Source of the DNA: Anolis carolinensis
Taxonomy: Eukaryota
Reading direction: 5' to 3'
Length of the DNA stretch: 64,000 nt
Assembly: GCF_035594765.1 (NCBI RefSeq)
Contig: NC_085842.1
Span: forward strand, 16,468,782-16,532,781
Under the pieces are notes generated by a model that was not told where the DNA came from, searched no databases, and was given only the letters and a program-made list of their open reading frames with translations. Shown here piece by piece: positions 1-11,699 of this stretch (within the stretch, counting starts at the first letter, position 1; every line of letters starts with the position of its first letter). Position numbers and translations under genes: made by a program.

Positions 1-126
1 ATGCTGAGCTGGCTACCATCCCCCACACACTGCTAACTCTAATACTTGCCCTTTTAAAACATATACACACAATTAAACATTCATACTTCATTACACCCTC
101 ATGAAGCCAGAAGCAGGAATGTTAAA

Positions 127-258
127 CTGCCTCTGTGTTTATCTATATATGTCATATGTCTAATGGCATTGAATGTTTGCCATATATATGTGCATTGTGA
201 TCCGCCCTGAGGTCCCTTCGGAGTGAGAAGGGCAGAATATGAATACTGTAAATAAATA
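127..258 (+). mobile_element. 3' tail fragment of tRNA-head/L2-tail SINE (SINE2-type)
   Basis: gcattgaatgtttgcc...gatccgccctgag...gaagggcagaat...gtaaataaataa matches the tail of the fuller copies at 5805 and 23321. Confidence 0.6.
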
Positions 259-345
259 ATAGCTATCCAGTAATGGAAAAGAATTAACTTGTATTTGTGG
301 CCTTGTTTGATACATTTTTTGTATTCACTTGGCAGGAATCCTTAC

Positions 346-424
346 CCAACGAGGTGGATGCGCTGTTACCGTCTTGCATAGCCCACTCATTCTTCATCTC
401 AACTGTCTCTTTGGCAAAAATGTT
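346..424 (-). CDS. Gene 0 (SCAN-ZNF, continues off left edge): coding exon 2, linker (NIFAKETVEMKNEWAMQDGNSASTSL)
   Basis: 79-nt exon, gtacag acceptor and G|gtaagg donor, phase 0 to 1; paralogous to 13026-13104 and 22912-22990. Confidence 0.75.
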
Positions 425-549
425 CTGTACCGAGGAAAAGGAAAGAAAAAAGAAAATTGGGAAAAAAGCCAAGTCTGGAAAACTACTTTGCATGGTTTCC
501 AAAAAAAAAACAAAAAAAAAAACAGGAAGCAGTGGGGAGTTTCCATATA

Positions 550-872
550 CAGTAGAGTCTCACTTATCCAAGCCTCGCTTATCCAAGGTTCTGGATTATC
601 CAATACATTTTTGTAGTCAATGTTTTCAATATATTATGATATTTTGGTGCTAAATTCGTAAATACAGTAATTACAACATAACATTACTGCGTATTGAACT
701 ACTTTTTCTGTCAAATTTGTTGTAAGACATGATGTATTGGTGCTTAATTTGTAAAATCATAACCTAATTTGATGTTTAATAGGATTTTCCTTAATCCCTC
801 CTTATTATCCAAGATATTCGCTTATCCAAGCTTCTGCCGGCCTGTTAAGCTTGGATAAGTGAGACTCTACTG
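550..872. mobile_element. Tc1/mariner-type MITE
   Basis: TIRs cagtagagtctcacttatccaa / ttggataagtgagactctactg with TA duplication; empty site in the paralogous intron near 13225. Confidence 0.85.
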
Positions 873-1177
873 TACCAATATACCTCAGTTAACGAAGCAG
901 ATGTGTTTCTATGCAACATGGGAAGAGCCTGGGATGTGCTATTGGAACCACAATCCTCCTGAGCTCAAGGCCACTCCATGTGGGGCTGGAGGGGAGAGAC
1001 ATGGGACTAGTGCTGAGCCAAAGCAATGTGTCCTAGCCATAGACCATAGGAGGAAGGGGCTGGCTCCACCTGCATACTATTGTATGCATTCCAGAGTAAA
1101 GACTATGTTTTCGAATGCTACCACTCTGGATTGTCTTTGTATTTGGCTCAGAAACCAATGGAAGTGTTACTACTCAC

Positions 1178-1570
1178 CTCCTGCTCTTTGAATTTCTTCT
1201 CTTCTTCGCAACTCAGGAGGAATCCTTCAGCCAAAGCCACAGCCTGGGAACTGGTCTCTGCCCCACATTCCCTCACCCAGCGCTCCATCTCCGCAGGAAG
1301 GACGGCCAGGAACTGCTCCAGGAGCACCAGGTCCAGCATCTCCGCCTTGGAGTGTCGCTCTGGCTTCAGCCACAGGCGGCAGAGAGAGTGGAGGCGGCTG
1401 CACACCTCTCGGGGTCCTGCAAACTCCTGGTAGCTGAACCACCCGAAGCCTTGTTGCGCGCCCAAATCCCACTCCTCATACCCCGGTTCCTTTTGCATGT
1501 CTCCTCCAAAGAATCCCTGAACAAGGCCAGGCCCTTCTCCCCACTCGGGGCTCACTGTGTGCACGGGCAT
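1178..1570 (-). CDS. Gene 0: SCAN-domain exon
   Basis: ATG at 1570; [41 protein letters not shown]...VALAE is a SCAN domain; 393 nt, donor gtgagt, phase 0. Confidence 0.88.
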
Positions 1571-1894
1571 CTCAGCCTGTAACCTGTTCCCACATTGACT
1601 GCTAAGCTCTCAATCACCTCCCTCTCTTCCTCTCTCATCCCTGCCTGGGCCTTTCCCCTTCACCCCACCATTGAACACTCCCACTTCCCCACCTTCTTCC
1701 TCTTCCTCCTCTCACTGAGTGGGGGGCAGGCTGTTACCCAGCTGTCACTCTTGCCCATGGTCCCACCCCTTCCTACTATAGTTATGCTCCTTCCTAGAGC
1801 AGAGCGGGAGGCAGCCACAGGGACCTCAGAGGGACTGTATTGAAAACTTTGGCGCCCGCTAGAGGACTAAGTAGCCACAGTAAGAACAGATCAC

Positions 1895-2822
1895 GGAACA
1901 ACAGACTGGTTCAAGATTGGGAAAGGAGTGCGGCTGGGCTGCATACTTTCACCCTCCCTATTCAACTTCACATCATGCGACATGTGGGGCTTGACGAATC
2001 CAAGGCTAGAGTTAAAATTGCTGGAAGAAACATTAACAACCTTAGGTATGCAGATGATACCACTCTGATGGCCGAAAGCGAGGAGGAGCTGAGGAGCCTT
2101 ATCACCAAGGTGAAAGAAGAAAGTGCAAAAGCTGGGTTGCAGTTAAACGTCAAGAAAACCAATATCATGGCAACTACAACTATGGATAATTGGCAAATAG
2201 AGGGAGAAAACGTGGAGGCAGTGACAGACTTTATATTTCTAGGCACAAAGATCGCTGCAGATGCAGATGCAGCCAGGAAATCAGAAGATGTTTACTTCTT
2301 GGGAGGAGAGCAATGACCAATCTTGAAAAGATAGTGAAGAGCAGAGGCATCACACTGGCAACGAAGGTCCCCATAGTCAAAGCAATGGTATTCCCCATAG
2401 TAACCTATGGATGTGAGAGCTGGACCATAAGGAAGGCTGAGCGAAGGAAGATAGATGCTTTTGAACTCTGGTGCTGGAGGAAAATCCTGAGTGCCTTGGA
2501 CCGCAAGAAGGTCCAATCAGTCCATCCTCCAGGAAATAATGCCCAATGGCTGCTCACTGGAGGGAAGGATAGTAGAGGCAAAGCTGAAGTATTTTGGCCA
2601 CATCATGAGGAGACAGGAAAGCTTTGAAAAGATCACGATGCTGGGGAAAATAGAAGGAAAAAGGAAGAGAGGCCAACCAAGGGCAAGATGGATGGACGGT
2701 ATCCTTGAAGTGATTGGGTTGACCTTGAAGGAACTGGGGGCGGTGACGGCCGACAGGGAGCTCTGGCATGGACTGGTCCATGAGGTCATGAAGAGTTGGA
2801 GACGACTAAACGACTGAGTAGC
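1895..2822 (+). mobile_element. RTE-BovB LINE, 5'-truncated and frameshifted RT/3' end
   Basis: GRNINNLRYADDTTLMAESEEEL, KAMVFPIVTYGCESWT, LKYFGHIMRR split across three frames; 3' end gagacgactaaacgactgag. Confidence 0.88.
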
Positions 2823-2884
2823 AGAGGACTCAAGCTCATGTGCGGGGAAGTCCAATTAATATTGTTGTTAGTATAACAACAACA

Positions 2885-3115
2885 ATATCCTGCAAATCTC
2901 TTGGGAAGACAGGCAGACCAAGGTCAGTGTGTTGAAAGAAGCAAAGACCACCAGCCTTGAAGCGATGCTCCTACACCATCACCTCCACTGGACTGAATGC
3001 CACGTTGTCCAAATGCCCGCTCACCGTTTCCCAAAGCAGTTACTCTACTCCCAACTCAAGAACAGAAAACAGAATGTTGTTGGACAGGGAAAGAGATTGA
3101 AAGACGGTCTTAAAG
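2885..3115 (+). mobile_element. RTE-clade LINE C-terminal fragment (continues at 5368-5610 after the nested L2)
   Basis: ILQISWEDR...SLEAMLL...PKQLLYSQL...RLKDGLKAN, resuming as LRTVAK...WEALALERSSWRSAV. Confidence 0.7.
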
Positions 3116-4076
3116 CTAACAAGCTGAAGCTAAATCCTGACAAGACAGAGGTCCTCCAGGTCGGTCAAATGACTGACCAGGGTATAGTGTGGCAACGTGT
3201 GTTCAATGGGGTCACACTCCCTCAAAGACACAGGTCCACAGTCCAGGGGTCCTCCTGGATTCAGTGCTAACGCTTGATGCTCAGGTGTCAGGGTGGCTGG
3301 GAGGGCCTTTGCACAACTAAAACTTGTGTGCCAGCTGCGACCGTACCTTGTGAAGTCTGATCTGGCCATGATGACCTATGCCTTGGTTACCTCTAGACTG
3401 GATTATTGCAATGCGTTCTATGTGGGGCTGCCCTTGAACACCCAGAAACTTCAATTGGTCCAACTCTCGACAGCCAGGCTAACTGGTGCGACTTACAGGG
3501 AGCAGTCAACCCCCCTGTTCATGGAGCTCCACTGGCTGCTGTTTACTTTCCGGTTCCAATTCAAGGTGCAGGTTATTACCCACAAAGCCCTAAACGGTTC
3601 GGGACCTGCCTACCTTCATGACCGCATTTCTCCCTATGAACCGGCGCAATCTCTTCAATCTTTGGGGGAGGCCCTCCTCTCACTCCTGCCTCCGTCTCAG
3701 GCACGGCTTCTGGGGGCGAGGGAGAGGGCCTTCTCTGTGGTTTCCCCCGACTCTGGAACCCGCTCCCCAGGGAGATTAGGCAGGCACCCACTCTGCAGGC
3801 TTTTGGAGAGTGAATAATCATCCCATGTTAGGTACCCGTCCCAGTGACCATTACTGTACTTGATGTATTTTATTCTATCCCATCAGTTAGAAATAATTTC
3901 AGTGTGTACCACAGCCCAAATCTCCTATCAATTGCAGCACTTGGGCTTTCTACTTCATTTTCTCGTTCACAGTATAATCTATGTGCACTTTGGCCCAGTT
4001 TGTTTTATAATCCTTGCTCAGGTTTAGACTATGATTTTATGATTTCAATGGATTTTACTGTTTTTAATGTTTAGTG

Positions 4077-4836
4077 CCCTGTGCAAAGGATCGTTACCTT
4101 GACGTGGTGCTGGGGCTTGAGTGCCTCGATGAGGCCATGAGCTATACCGTGCAGGGCCACCCAAGACGGGAAGGTCATGGCAGAGAAGTCAGACCAAGCA
4201 CGATCCCTGGGGAAGGTAATGGCAACCCACCCCAGTATTCTTGCCATGAAAACTATATGGATCAGTACAACCAGAGAAATGTCAGTATACCATCGGAAGA
4301 TAGGACCCCAGGTCGGAAGATGGTCAAAATGCAACTAGGGAGGAACAGAGGACTAGTCCAAGTAGCCCCAGATGTGATGACGCAGTTAGCTCAAAGCCGA
4401 AAGGAAGGCTAACGGCTGGAGGTGAAGGACGAATCCGATGTTCTAGAGATCAACTCACTATAGGAACCTGGAATGTAAGATCTATGAGCCAGGCAAAACT
4501 GGATGTGGTTACTGGTGAGATGTCAAGATTAAAGATAGACATTCTGGGAGTCAGTGAACTGAAATGGACTGAATGGGCCACTTCACAAAAGATGACCACC
4601 AGATCTACTACTGCAGACAAGAGGAACACCGAAGAAATGGAGTAGCCTTCATAGTTAATAATAAAGTTGTGAAAGCAGTGATTGGATACAACCCCAAAAA
4701 ATGATAGAATGATCTCAATTCGAGTTCAAGGCAAGCCATTTAACATCACAGTGATCCAAATATACTGGGAGCTCTGGCGTGGACTGGTCGATGAGGTCAC
4801 GAAGAGTCGGAGACGACTAAACGACTGAGCAGCAGC
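4077..4836 (+). mobile_element. Internally deleted BovB (5' UTR + start of APE joined to the 3' terminus) with TSD
   Basis: APE start GTWNVRSM; jump at ~4764 to the same 3' end as 2757-2820; flanking direct repeat aatgtttagtg at 4066-4076 and 4837-4847. Confidence 0.78.
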
Positions 4837-4877
4837 AATGTTTAGTGAGTATAACTGTGATGTGATGTGTTTTTAAT

Positions 4878-5103
4878 TATTTATTTTATTTATTTACAGC
4901 ATTTATATTCCGCCCTTCTCACCCCGAAGGGGACTCAGGGCGGATCACATTACACATAAAGGCAAACATTCAATGCCATGACACAGAACAGAGACAGAGA
5001 CAAGACGCAGGCACCGGGCTGGCCTTGAACTCATGACCTCTTGGTCAGAGTGATTTGTTGATTTGTAGCAGCTGGCTTGCTTTCCAGCCTGCGCCACAGC
5101 CCG
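4878..5103 (-). mobile_element. tRNA-head SINE (SINE2-type)
   Basis: reverse complement of gggctgtggcgcaggctgg...gagttcaaggcc head and (taaa)n tail. Confidence 0.75.
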
Positions 5104-5367
5104 GTAATGCGATGTATTTTAATTTTTCTGATGACTTTAATCATCCGAGCCTCTTATTAAATGCAGCACTTTATCTATCTCATTTCACTCCATGGACTTT
5201 GGTCCAGTTCGCTCTCGTTTGAGTTTTGTACTGTTTTTTATATTTTGTTTTATTGTCATTGTTTGGGCTTGGCCCCATGAAAGCCATCCTGAGTCCCTTT
5301 GGGGGGATGGAGACGGGGTATAAAAATAATGTTGTTTTTGTTGTTCTTCTTCTTATTATTATTATTA

Positions 5368-5610
5368 CCTTAAGAACTGTAGCAAAGACACCAAGAAGGA
5401 ACTGGGAAGCTCTGGCCCTTGAGCGCTCTAGTTGGAGGTCAGCTGTGACCAGCAGTGTTGTGGAATTTGAAGAGGCACGAATGGAGGGCGAAAGGGAGAA
5501 ACATTCCAAGAGGAAGGCGCATCAAGCCAACTCTGATCAGGACCGCCTTCCACCTGGAAACTGATGTCCTCACTGTGGTAGAACATGCCGGTCAAGAATA
5601 AGACCCCGCG
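5368..5610 (+). mobile_element. RTE-clade LINE 3' fragment
   Basis: NWEALALERSSWRSAVTSSVVEFEEAR...CPHCGR; continuation of 2885-3115. Confidence 0.65.
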
Positions 5611-5627
5611 GTCACCTACATATCCAG

Positions 5628-6720
5628 TATAGTAGGAAGGGGTGGGACCATGGCCATGAGTGACAGCTAGGGAACCTCTCAGTCCTATTTGTATGGGGAG
5701 AAGGAGGAGGAAGAATGTCCAAGACCTTTCCTTAAAATGTTAGCATTGAATGCAGCAATTTAAGTTCTGACTCGTCATATTTCTTTTTTCATATACTTTA
5801 TGAAGGCCCGGGGTGTGGCGCAGGCTGGAGAGCAAGCCAGCTGCAACCAGCTGCAATGAATCACTCTGACCAGGAGGTCATGAGTTCGAGGCCCGCTCAG
5901 AGCCTATGTTTGTCTTGTCTTTGTTCTATGTTAAAAGGCATTGAATGTTTGCCTATATGTGTAATGTGATCCACCCTGAGTCCCCTTCAGGGTGAGAAGG
6001 GCGGAATATAAATGCTGTAAATAAAATAAATACTTTAAGATAATTTTTACGTGGCAGTTACTTTGATTCTGCTATTACCTTCCTATTTGTGTATGTCTAT
6101 GTGAATGCTTTTTCCTAATGTCATTTTAATTCAGGTGACATTTCAAGAGGTGGCTGTGGATTTCACAGAGGAGAGGGCTCTCCATGGAGAAGTGATGGAA
6201 GAGAACTTGACCGCTGTGTCCTCTCTCCTTTCCCCTTGCAGCTCATCAAATCAATTTGCAAGAGACAAAGCATTGTTTTGGTGCTCTTCTTCAGCCTTCC
6301 TGTATTTGTCATGTACAGGCTAACTCTAATCTAGAAAAGTTCTCAAAAATCTAGAAGCTTTAGTCAGAAAAACAAGAGTAGATTTCACTAAATAGTCATT
6401 AGAAATGAAGGATTAGGGGTTATAAAATATATAGTTATAAGCATGAATTTTCAACTTGCATTTTGTGTATTTTAATATGTATTTTATAGAAATATGTTTT
6501 AAATATGCATCTTTATTGAAATACATTTTAATATGTATATTTCTAGAATTTTTACAATATTTTTGTGTTTTAATTATGCTGTAACATACCTCAATCCACA
6601 AGGAGAGGTGAGCAATAATAATATTACAAAGGCTACAACCCAATTCCTCAATTAATGAAAACATCCCATGAATGATCTCCCCTTCCCCCCTTTATACACT
6701 GTCTCTCACCATCATCATCA
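5628..6720 (+). pseudogene. Relic SCAN-KRAB-ZNF unit A: upstream block plus decayed KRAB-A exon (6135-~6227); SCAN, linker and ZNF exons absent
   Basis: cag|VTFQEVAVDFTEE-RALHGEVMEENLTAVSSL lacks EWALLSPGQ and the splice donor; flanks match gene 2 introns (23715-23780, 24200-24650) and the upstream block at 1740-1780. Confidence 0.72.
5805..6030 (+). mobile_element. tRNA-head SINE (SINE2-type)
   Basis: A box tggcgcaggctgg, B box gagttcgaggcc, tail gaagggcggaatataaatgctgtaaataaa. Confidence 0.8.
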
Positions 6721-6989
6721 CAAAACACAAAGAAAAAGGACACACTTAAACAGTCCAAACCTGAGGTGTTAGCTGTGAAGAAAATTATATTATTGCTTGT
6801 GGGAATACAACATAAGGTTTGTGAGCTCTGAAATTCCAACAATGTTCTAAACTTTGACATGGTTCCACCTACGTTGCATTTCCGAAACTATTCTTTATTT
6901 TTGCCACCCTCCATGAATTCATATCATTTCTATAAAACATGAATATTTTGGTGTGGTATAATGTAGGAATTCAACCATTTTACTGATTT

Positions 6990-7721
6990 CTTTCCTATGT
7001 GAGTTGTCAGAGGACGAGTGAGACGTATTTTCTGATTGAAGCTCTTTCCATAATCTTGGTGGTGATTTAGGCTTATGGGTAACTTTTTCCACACTCCGCA
7101 TACTTACAAAGTTTCTCCCCCACATCTATACTTTGATGTGACACAAGGGCCGACTTTGAGCTGAACCTGTTTCCACACTCCAAAAACTCAAAGGGATACT
7201 TTGCTGTGTGGGTTCTGTAATGGCGAGTGAGGTGTTGCTTTTGGGAGAATCTCTTCCCACACTGAAATATGAAAATGGTTTCTCTCTTTTATGTGCTGCC
7301 AGATGACAAGTGAGTCTTTCCTTCCAAGTGAAGCCCTTTCCAAACTACAGACATAAACTGTTTCTCCCGAGTGAGTTGATTGATGATTTGTGATGTCAGG
7401 ATCACCATAGCAGCCTGGAACTGGCTACTTCGGTTCTCTGCCAGAAAGAAGGGAGGTAGGAGGAAGGGAGGCTGGGAACAGGGTAGTGTAGGTAAGACAT
7501 CTGTTTTGTGAGGGAAATAGAAATTGCAGTTAACAGACTGTGGGCACACTGGGGCAGATGGGAGTTGGGCTGTGATATTACAGGGTGTTTGAGTGGGAAA
7601 GATGGAATAAATCATTTGCTTCCAGCGTGTTGTTGTTGTGAGCTTGATTTCAACTCCAAGAACTTCTAGAATCTTACATGTGAAGCTTTCTATGCCTGAA
7701 GCTCTTTATACACTACAAATA
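6990..7721 (-). pseudogene. Degenerate C2H2 finger repeats downstream of the gene 1 stop
   Basis: ttcccacact/ggtttctc finger-type repeats with stops and indels, interrupted by a solo LTR. Confidence 0.7.
7394..7678 (+). mobile_element. Solo LTR, 285 bp
   Basis: TGTCAGGAT...ATCTTACA ends, 5-bp TSD tgtga at 7389-7393 and 7679-7683, internal AATAAA. Confidence 0.72.
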
Positions 7722-9517
7722 TCAACATGGTTTCTCCCCTGTGTGAATTCTTTGATGTGTCAGAAGTGCTGATTTTTCCCTGAAGCTGTTTCCACACTCC
7801 AAGCACTGAAATTGTTTTTTTCCCGAATGAGTGGCTTGGTGGCGATTTAGGCTTAATTTGTATGGGTAACTTTTTCCACACTCCGCACACTTATAAGGCT
7901 TCTCCCCCGTATGTATGCTTTGATGCGACACAAGGGCCAGTTTCAAGGTGAACTTCTTTCCACACTCCAAGCACTCAAAGGGTTTCTCTCCTGTGTGGGT
8001 TGTAACATGGCGATTGAGGTGTATTTTCTGCGAGAAGCTTTTCCCACACTCCAAGCACTGAAATGGTTTCTCCCCTGTGTGTATTCTTTGGTGACAATTG
8101 AGGCTTACTTTTTGACTGAAACATTTTCCACAAGTCACACATTTGAATGGTTTCTCCCCTGTATGAGTTCTTTCATGTGATGAAAGCATACATTTCTGCC
8201 TGAAGCACTTTCCGCACACCAAGCATTTGAATGGTTTTTCTCCGGTATGGATTCTTTGATGTGATATGAGGATTGACTTCCGATTGAAGCTTTTCCCACA
8301 CTCCATACACTGAAATAGATTCTCCCCTGAGTGACTAACTTCATGACAAGTGAGGCTTTCTTTCCCAATTAATTTCCCCCCGTATTCCAAATATTTAAAT
8401 GATTTCTCACCTGTATGAGTTGCTTGATGGCAAGTGAGGCTTAATTTATGCCTGAAACTCTTTTCACAATCCAAGCATCCAAAGGGTTTCTCCCCTGTGT
8501 GAATTCTTTGGTGTGCCAGAAGTGCTGATTTTCCACTGAAGTGGTTTCCACACTCCAAGCACTGAAATGGTTTCTCTCCTGTGTGAGTTCTGTAATGGCG
8601 AGTGAGGTGTTGCTTTTGAGTGAAGCACTTCCCACACTCCAAGCACTGAAACCGTTTCTCCCCCGTGTGAGTTGCAAGATGAGTAGTGAGATGTGATTTG
8701 GTAATGAAACCTTTGCCACACACCACGCATTGAAAGGGCTTCTCTCCAGTGTGAGTGGCTAGATGACGACTAAGGCCTGTTTTTTGACTAAACGTTTTCC
8801 CGCATTCCAAGCATTTAAATGGTTTTTCTTCCATGTGAGTTGCTTCATGACTGGTGAGGTGCGTCTTCTGATTGAAACTTTTCCCACACTCCAAGCACTG
8901 AAATGGCTTCTGTCCTGTGTGCGTTCTGTAATGATGAATCAGGTGTGCCTTTTGAGAGAAGCTGCTTCCGCACACCAGGCACTGAAACGGTTTCTCTCCT
9001 GTGTGCGTGGCCAGATGACGAGTGAGGTTTTTCTTCACGGCGAAGGTCTTTCCACACTCTAGACATATAAAGGGTTTCTCTCCTGTGTGAGTTCTTTGGT
9101 GTGACACAAAGTGTGACCGCCACTTGAAGCTCCTTTTGCACCTCCAACAGTTAAAAGCTTTCTCTCTCGTTTGAAATCTTTCATGGGAAATCAGAGACTT
9201 CCTTAAACTGGGTGTCCTTTCCCACTCACCAGTATTGAAAGATATCTCCTCTGGGTGAATTCTTCTATGAACAACAAGGCTTCCTTTGCACCTAAAGCTT
9301 TTCTCACACAGGGGATAAAAACATTTATTCCTTTCTTTCCCTTTCTCTGTTAGTTCTTCAACTGAGATGTCACCCTCCTGAGAAGCAGGATATGTGTTCC
9401 TTCTGTTGGCGTTAGTGTCTGATTTTCTTTTCTTCCTTTTCATCTGCTTCTGCTTGTTCCTTGGCAGGAATGCCTTGCTTGGTTCTCTGTTGTTCTCACT
9501 CTCTTGCTCATCCCAAC
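7722..9517 (-). CDS. Gene 1: C2H2 zinc-finger exon (16 canonical fingers, one CX4C finger, degenerate ones)
   Basis: TGEKPF-linked CxxC...HxxxH repeats; acceptor tttcag|GT phase 1 matches KRAB donor; spliced CDS 2466 nt, ~821 aa. Confidence 0.92.
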
Positions 9518-9664
9518 CTGAAAAAGAAAAGCACAACTACTCATAGCCTAACCGAGATATATAGAAGTAAGTGAAAGACTTAACACAATTATTAAGCTGA
9601 CATCGATTGACATTAAACTATGGAAGCTTCTCAAAAGAGAGATGTCACTCCAGAGTCTCTACAA

Positions 9665-10285
9665 TGCTTTTCCTGAGGGACCAGCTCCACCAAGTCTCCC
9701 ATCCCCTTCCCTGAAAAATAGATACTCTTTGGATTTTGAAATCTCACGCTCTACTGGCTAATGAGTTGAATGCTCAACTTTTCGTATCCTGTTTCATTTT
9801 TGGATGCTCTGCTATATTTTAGGATAGTATTTCCCTAACAAAAAGGGTTATGGGCCCAGGCTGTGTACCTAGTCTAGGTTCCCAGGCTTGAATGAAAAAT
9901 AGGAAGGCTAAATAGAGCAGAGAGGCTTATTTCAAAGGGTTTTGGAGGTTTCGGGAGTTTTTGGAGTTTTGGAGCATCTCTATTTTTGGAAGGATGCAAA
10001 AAATGGGAAGGAAACAAGAGTTCTTCCTGAGTCTAACTATTCAACTTGGAAGATGAGACTGGAGCTACTTCTGGATTCAAAGTAAACCAAGGTCTGTCAA
10101 CAAGATCCACCACAAGCTGATGACGATGACTATGAAGCGGGGACAGAAATCGACAGATGGGTGAGAGCCTTAACTGCAAATTCCTTATCTAAGAAGGCTT
10201 TTGAATATGTTAAGAATGATGCAAGAGCTAAAGCCACACTTGCACATCTGGAGAAAATCCACAGCAAAACTATACGTTGTATAAC
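9665..10285 (+). mobile_element. Copia-type LTR retrotransposon relic: LTR end, tRNA-iMet-half PBS, start of gag
   Basis: ...ccctaaca (9840), GGGTTATGGGCCCAG (9845-9859), then LPESNYSTWKMRLELLLDSK, resembling a Copia gag N-terminus; left boundary approximate. Confidence 0.68.
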
Positions 10286-10484
10286 CCCTAATCCTTGTGT
10301 CTTAATGACTTTGTAGTGAAATGCACTCTGTTTTTCTGACTAAAGCTTCTAGACTTTTGAGATATTTCAGTTTCTGGAAGAAAGTTAGCCTGTACATGAC
10401 AAATACAGGAAGGCCAAAGAAGAGTTCTAAAACAATGCTTTTGCTCTTGTAAACTGATTTGAAAGGAAGAGAAAGGGGTCTTAC

Positions 10485-10605
10485 CCAGAGAGAATACCAT
10501 CCTCAGATTCTCATCCATGACTTCTCCATGGAGGGCCCTTTGGCCTGGAGACAGCAGGGCCCACTCCTCCTCCGTGAAATCCACAGACACCTCTTGAAAC
10601 GTCAC
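10485..10605 (-). CDS. Gene 1: KRAB-A exon
   Basis: [40 protein letters not shown]; 121 nt, cag| and |gtaag, phase 0 to 1. Confidence 0.88.
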
Positions 10606-10762
10606 CTGAATTAAAAAAGACATGACCCATGAGGCATGGTGTTGAAAGGTCTGCCACGAGGAAAAGACTAGGTAGGAGTTCTGCTAAGAATGTGACGGTC
10701 TTCAAAGAACAAGAGCGCCCAGCCAACCTTCTTCTCCACCCAACAGGAATCCTGTCCCTCAC

Positions 10763-10839
10763 CTGGTTCGGCCTCATAGGAACTGTTTGAGGTTCATCCG
10801 TGTAAAGAGATGCTTTTGTCCATGTCCTTGTTGCACCTC
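10763..10839 (-). CDS. Gene 1: linker exon 3
   Basis: 77 nt, tacag| and |gtgagg, phase 1 to 0, open ([25 protein letters not shown]). Confidence 0.75.
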
Positions 10840-11509
10840 CTGTAAGGAAAATAAAATGGATCAAGGAGTATTCTTTACTACACTCTCTGTTTCTGATTTA
10901 ATATTTCTGTTACAGGCAGAGAGCAAAAAGCATTGGCACCCAAATACACAAATAGGAAGGTAATAGCAGAATTAAAGTAACTGCTACATGGAAATGCTCT
11001 TGATCAAAGTATCTGAAGAAAGAAAGAAGACCAGACAGAACTAAAGAGTTGCATTTGATCTTACCATTTTCAAGAAAAGTCTTAGGAATTTGATTGAGAG
11101 GCAACCACATTACAGAATTCCTCTTTAAGGGACAAAGGAGAGTAGACTTCTCTAATGCTGTTTGTAATGCCATAAATAAGTGTCCAGCACTTAAGTACTT
11201 TTCCTTTGAGAAGCAACATAGATTTTAGCTTAGAACTGTGTCCTATGGGATATAGTGTTACTACAACCTTTTGGTTTAAAATCATAGTGTTTCCATCTAG
11301 TACAGCTTGCATTTCAATCCCCTCCCTTTTAGTATGAGAGAAAAGGGAAATGCTGAGGTCTGTGCTAACATGTCAGTATTCTTATTCAACATAACTTCTT
11401 CAACCTGTCTATATTCTGTGGCAAATGCCATACCGTATATACAAAAACAATTAGAACATAACAGCCAAACTAAAGTAATCCTGAGCTTAGCAGAGCTTAG
11501 CATTTTCTT

Positions 11510-11670
11510 GTTACGTTTCGCCTGCATCTATGGCAGACATCCTCAGAGGTTGTCTGCCATAGATGCAGGTGAAACATCAGGAGAAAATGCTTATGGAACA
11601 TGGCCATAGAGCCTGGAAGACTCATAGCAAGTCAGTGATTCCGGCCATGAAAGTCTTTGACAACACAATT
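11510..11670. mobile_element. Penelope terminal fragment in inverted arrangement
   Basis: cgtttcgcctgcatctatggc...gccatagatgcaggtgaaac...ggccatgaaagtctttgacaacaca. Confidence 0.65.
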
Positions 11671-11699
11671 AAGAAAGGTGGAGTGGGCTGAGCCTGCTT

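Larger units (their letters stand above)
3115..5335 (+). mobile_element. L2 LINE 3' part (degenerate ORF2 C-terminus plus 3' UTR) hosting nested BovB and SINE
   Basis: LKLNPDKTEVL, ALVTSRLDYCN, LHWL, RAFS motifs; tail gagtccctttggggggatggagacggggtataaaaataat. Confidence 0.8.

Noticed and set aside
1080-1582. Antisense and alternate-frame ORFs over every SCAN exon (also 15399-16183, 21742-22134, 42314-43024, 58158-58971)
   Set aside because: By-products of GC-rich, near-identical SCAN codons; their ends are not conserved between copies.
1849-1870. TGGCGCCCG resembling a tRNA-Lys PBS
   Set aside because: No LTR upstream; paralogues read tggtgccccctttccactggagg, so it is a deletion-derived chance match.
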